Shown here: one piece after another, positions 31,719 through 32,000 of the stretch | Numbering within the stretch: position 1 is the first letter of the stretch | Layout: every line of letters starts with the position of its first letter | Origin: Candidatus Saccharimonadota bacterium | Lineage (GTDB): Bacteria > Patescibacteriota > Gracilibacteria > UBA1369 > 2-02-FULL-48-14 | Length of the DNA stretch: 32,000 nucleotides | NCBI GenBank assembly: GCA_965230905.1 | Contig: OZ246396.1 | Span: 330,001 to 362,000 of the forward strand | Direction of reading: 5' to 3' | Notes under the pieces: model-generated | Databases searched by the model: none | What the model was told of the DNA's origin: nothing | What the model saw: only the letters and a program-made list of their open reading frames with translations | Translations under genes and position numbers: made by a program

Positions 31719-32000
31719 ATGATCTCTCGAAATACTCTACGCCGTCCTATTCTTACGATGTTCTTTGCCTCACTGACCTTTATGGTCACCTTGCTGGTGG
31801 GACTTTTGAGTAATCAACACATTCAAGCGTCGCTGTTTGGTAAGCCGATTACGGCGCTGAGCGGTGTCTACTTTGACAACGTTATGCGTGTGGACCCGGA
31901 GGCTTATGGCGAAGGGAATAATATGGATAATGTGGTGCTGGGAAAATATGGAGAATGGTCTTATTGCCAATACGATTTGCCCGAAGTTCCTGAATATAAG
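31719..32000 (+). CDS. Hypothetical secreted/membrane protein (3' end truncated by window edge)
   Basis: ATG 31719 opens 94 codons with no stop up to base 32000. It is absent from the ORF track because it has no stop codon. N-terminus MISRNTLRRPILTMFFASLTFMVTLLVGLL looks like a signal peptide or TM anchor. Confidence 0.5.
   Translation, partial: MISRNTLRRPILTMFFASLTFMVTLLVGLLSNQHIQASLFGKPITALSGVYFDNVMRVDPEAYGEGNNMDNVVLGKYGEWSYCQYDLPEVPEYK

Noticed and set aside
1-32000. CRISPR arrays, tRNA/rRNA/tmRNA genes, transposases and prophage modules.
   Set aside because: There is no regularly spaced repeat array. No spacer longer than 100 bp contains a tRNA-like cloverleaf or a GTTCGAATC-type T-loop. 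The only recombinase is Xer-like in length and motifs and has no flanking repeats. This is an eye scan only; tRNAscan/Infernal would be definitive.

Overview
The window is a gene-dense stretch (about 31 supportable CDS, both strands) from a compact bacterial genome using the standard genetic code. Shine-Dalgarno sequences are almost absent, and I found no rRNA, tRNA, CRISPR array, transposase or prophage module. The gene mix fits an uncultivated small-genome lineage such as CPR/Patescibacteria, but that is inference only. High-GC core genes are ppdK (5' partial), nadK, two GT4 glycosyltransferases, a PurM-like protein, dprA, a PilB/GspE-type ATPase, nusA, recX, recA, purL, a PurQ with a PurS-like C-terminal extension, ftsE, xerC/D, a dGTPase-like HD protein, a PrsW-family protease and nrdR. 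Visibly lower-GC accessory patches interrupt this core. (1) 2398-4861 holds five small genes ending in a short HipA-family kinase followed 1 nt later by a HipA-N-terminal-like (HipS-like) ORF. This looks like a split HipA toxin module in non-canonical order with no HipB, and it is my best candidate for an undescribed system. (2) 17328-18151 and 21967-22677 hold orphan genes. (3) 24425-27150 holds an FG-GAP surface protein, a palindrome-dense 314-bp spacer and an HNH protein that overlaps the dGTPase-like gene by 4 bp. (4) 29883-31615 holds two sigma-70 genes overlapping by 4 bp. Non-coding signals: a near-consensus recA promoter whose spacer is a perfect 18-bp palindrome, with a 15/18 copy upstream of the HNH gene. 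There is also a terminator/promoter module between nusA and pilB, several -10 boxes only 6-10 nt from start codons (suggesting leaderless mRNAs), and five convergent gene pairs whose 3' ends overlap. All homology calls come from motif recognition by eye; no database search was run.
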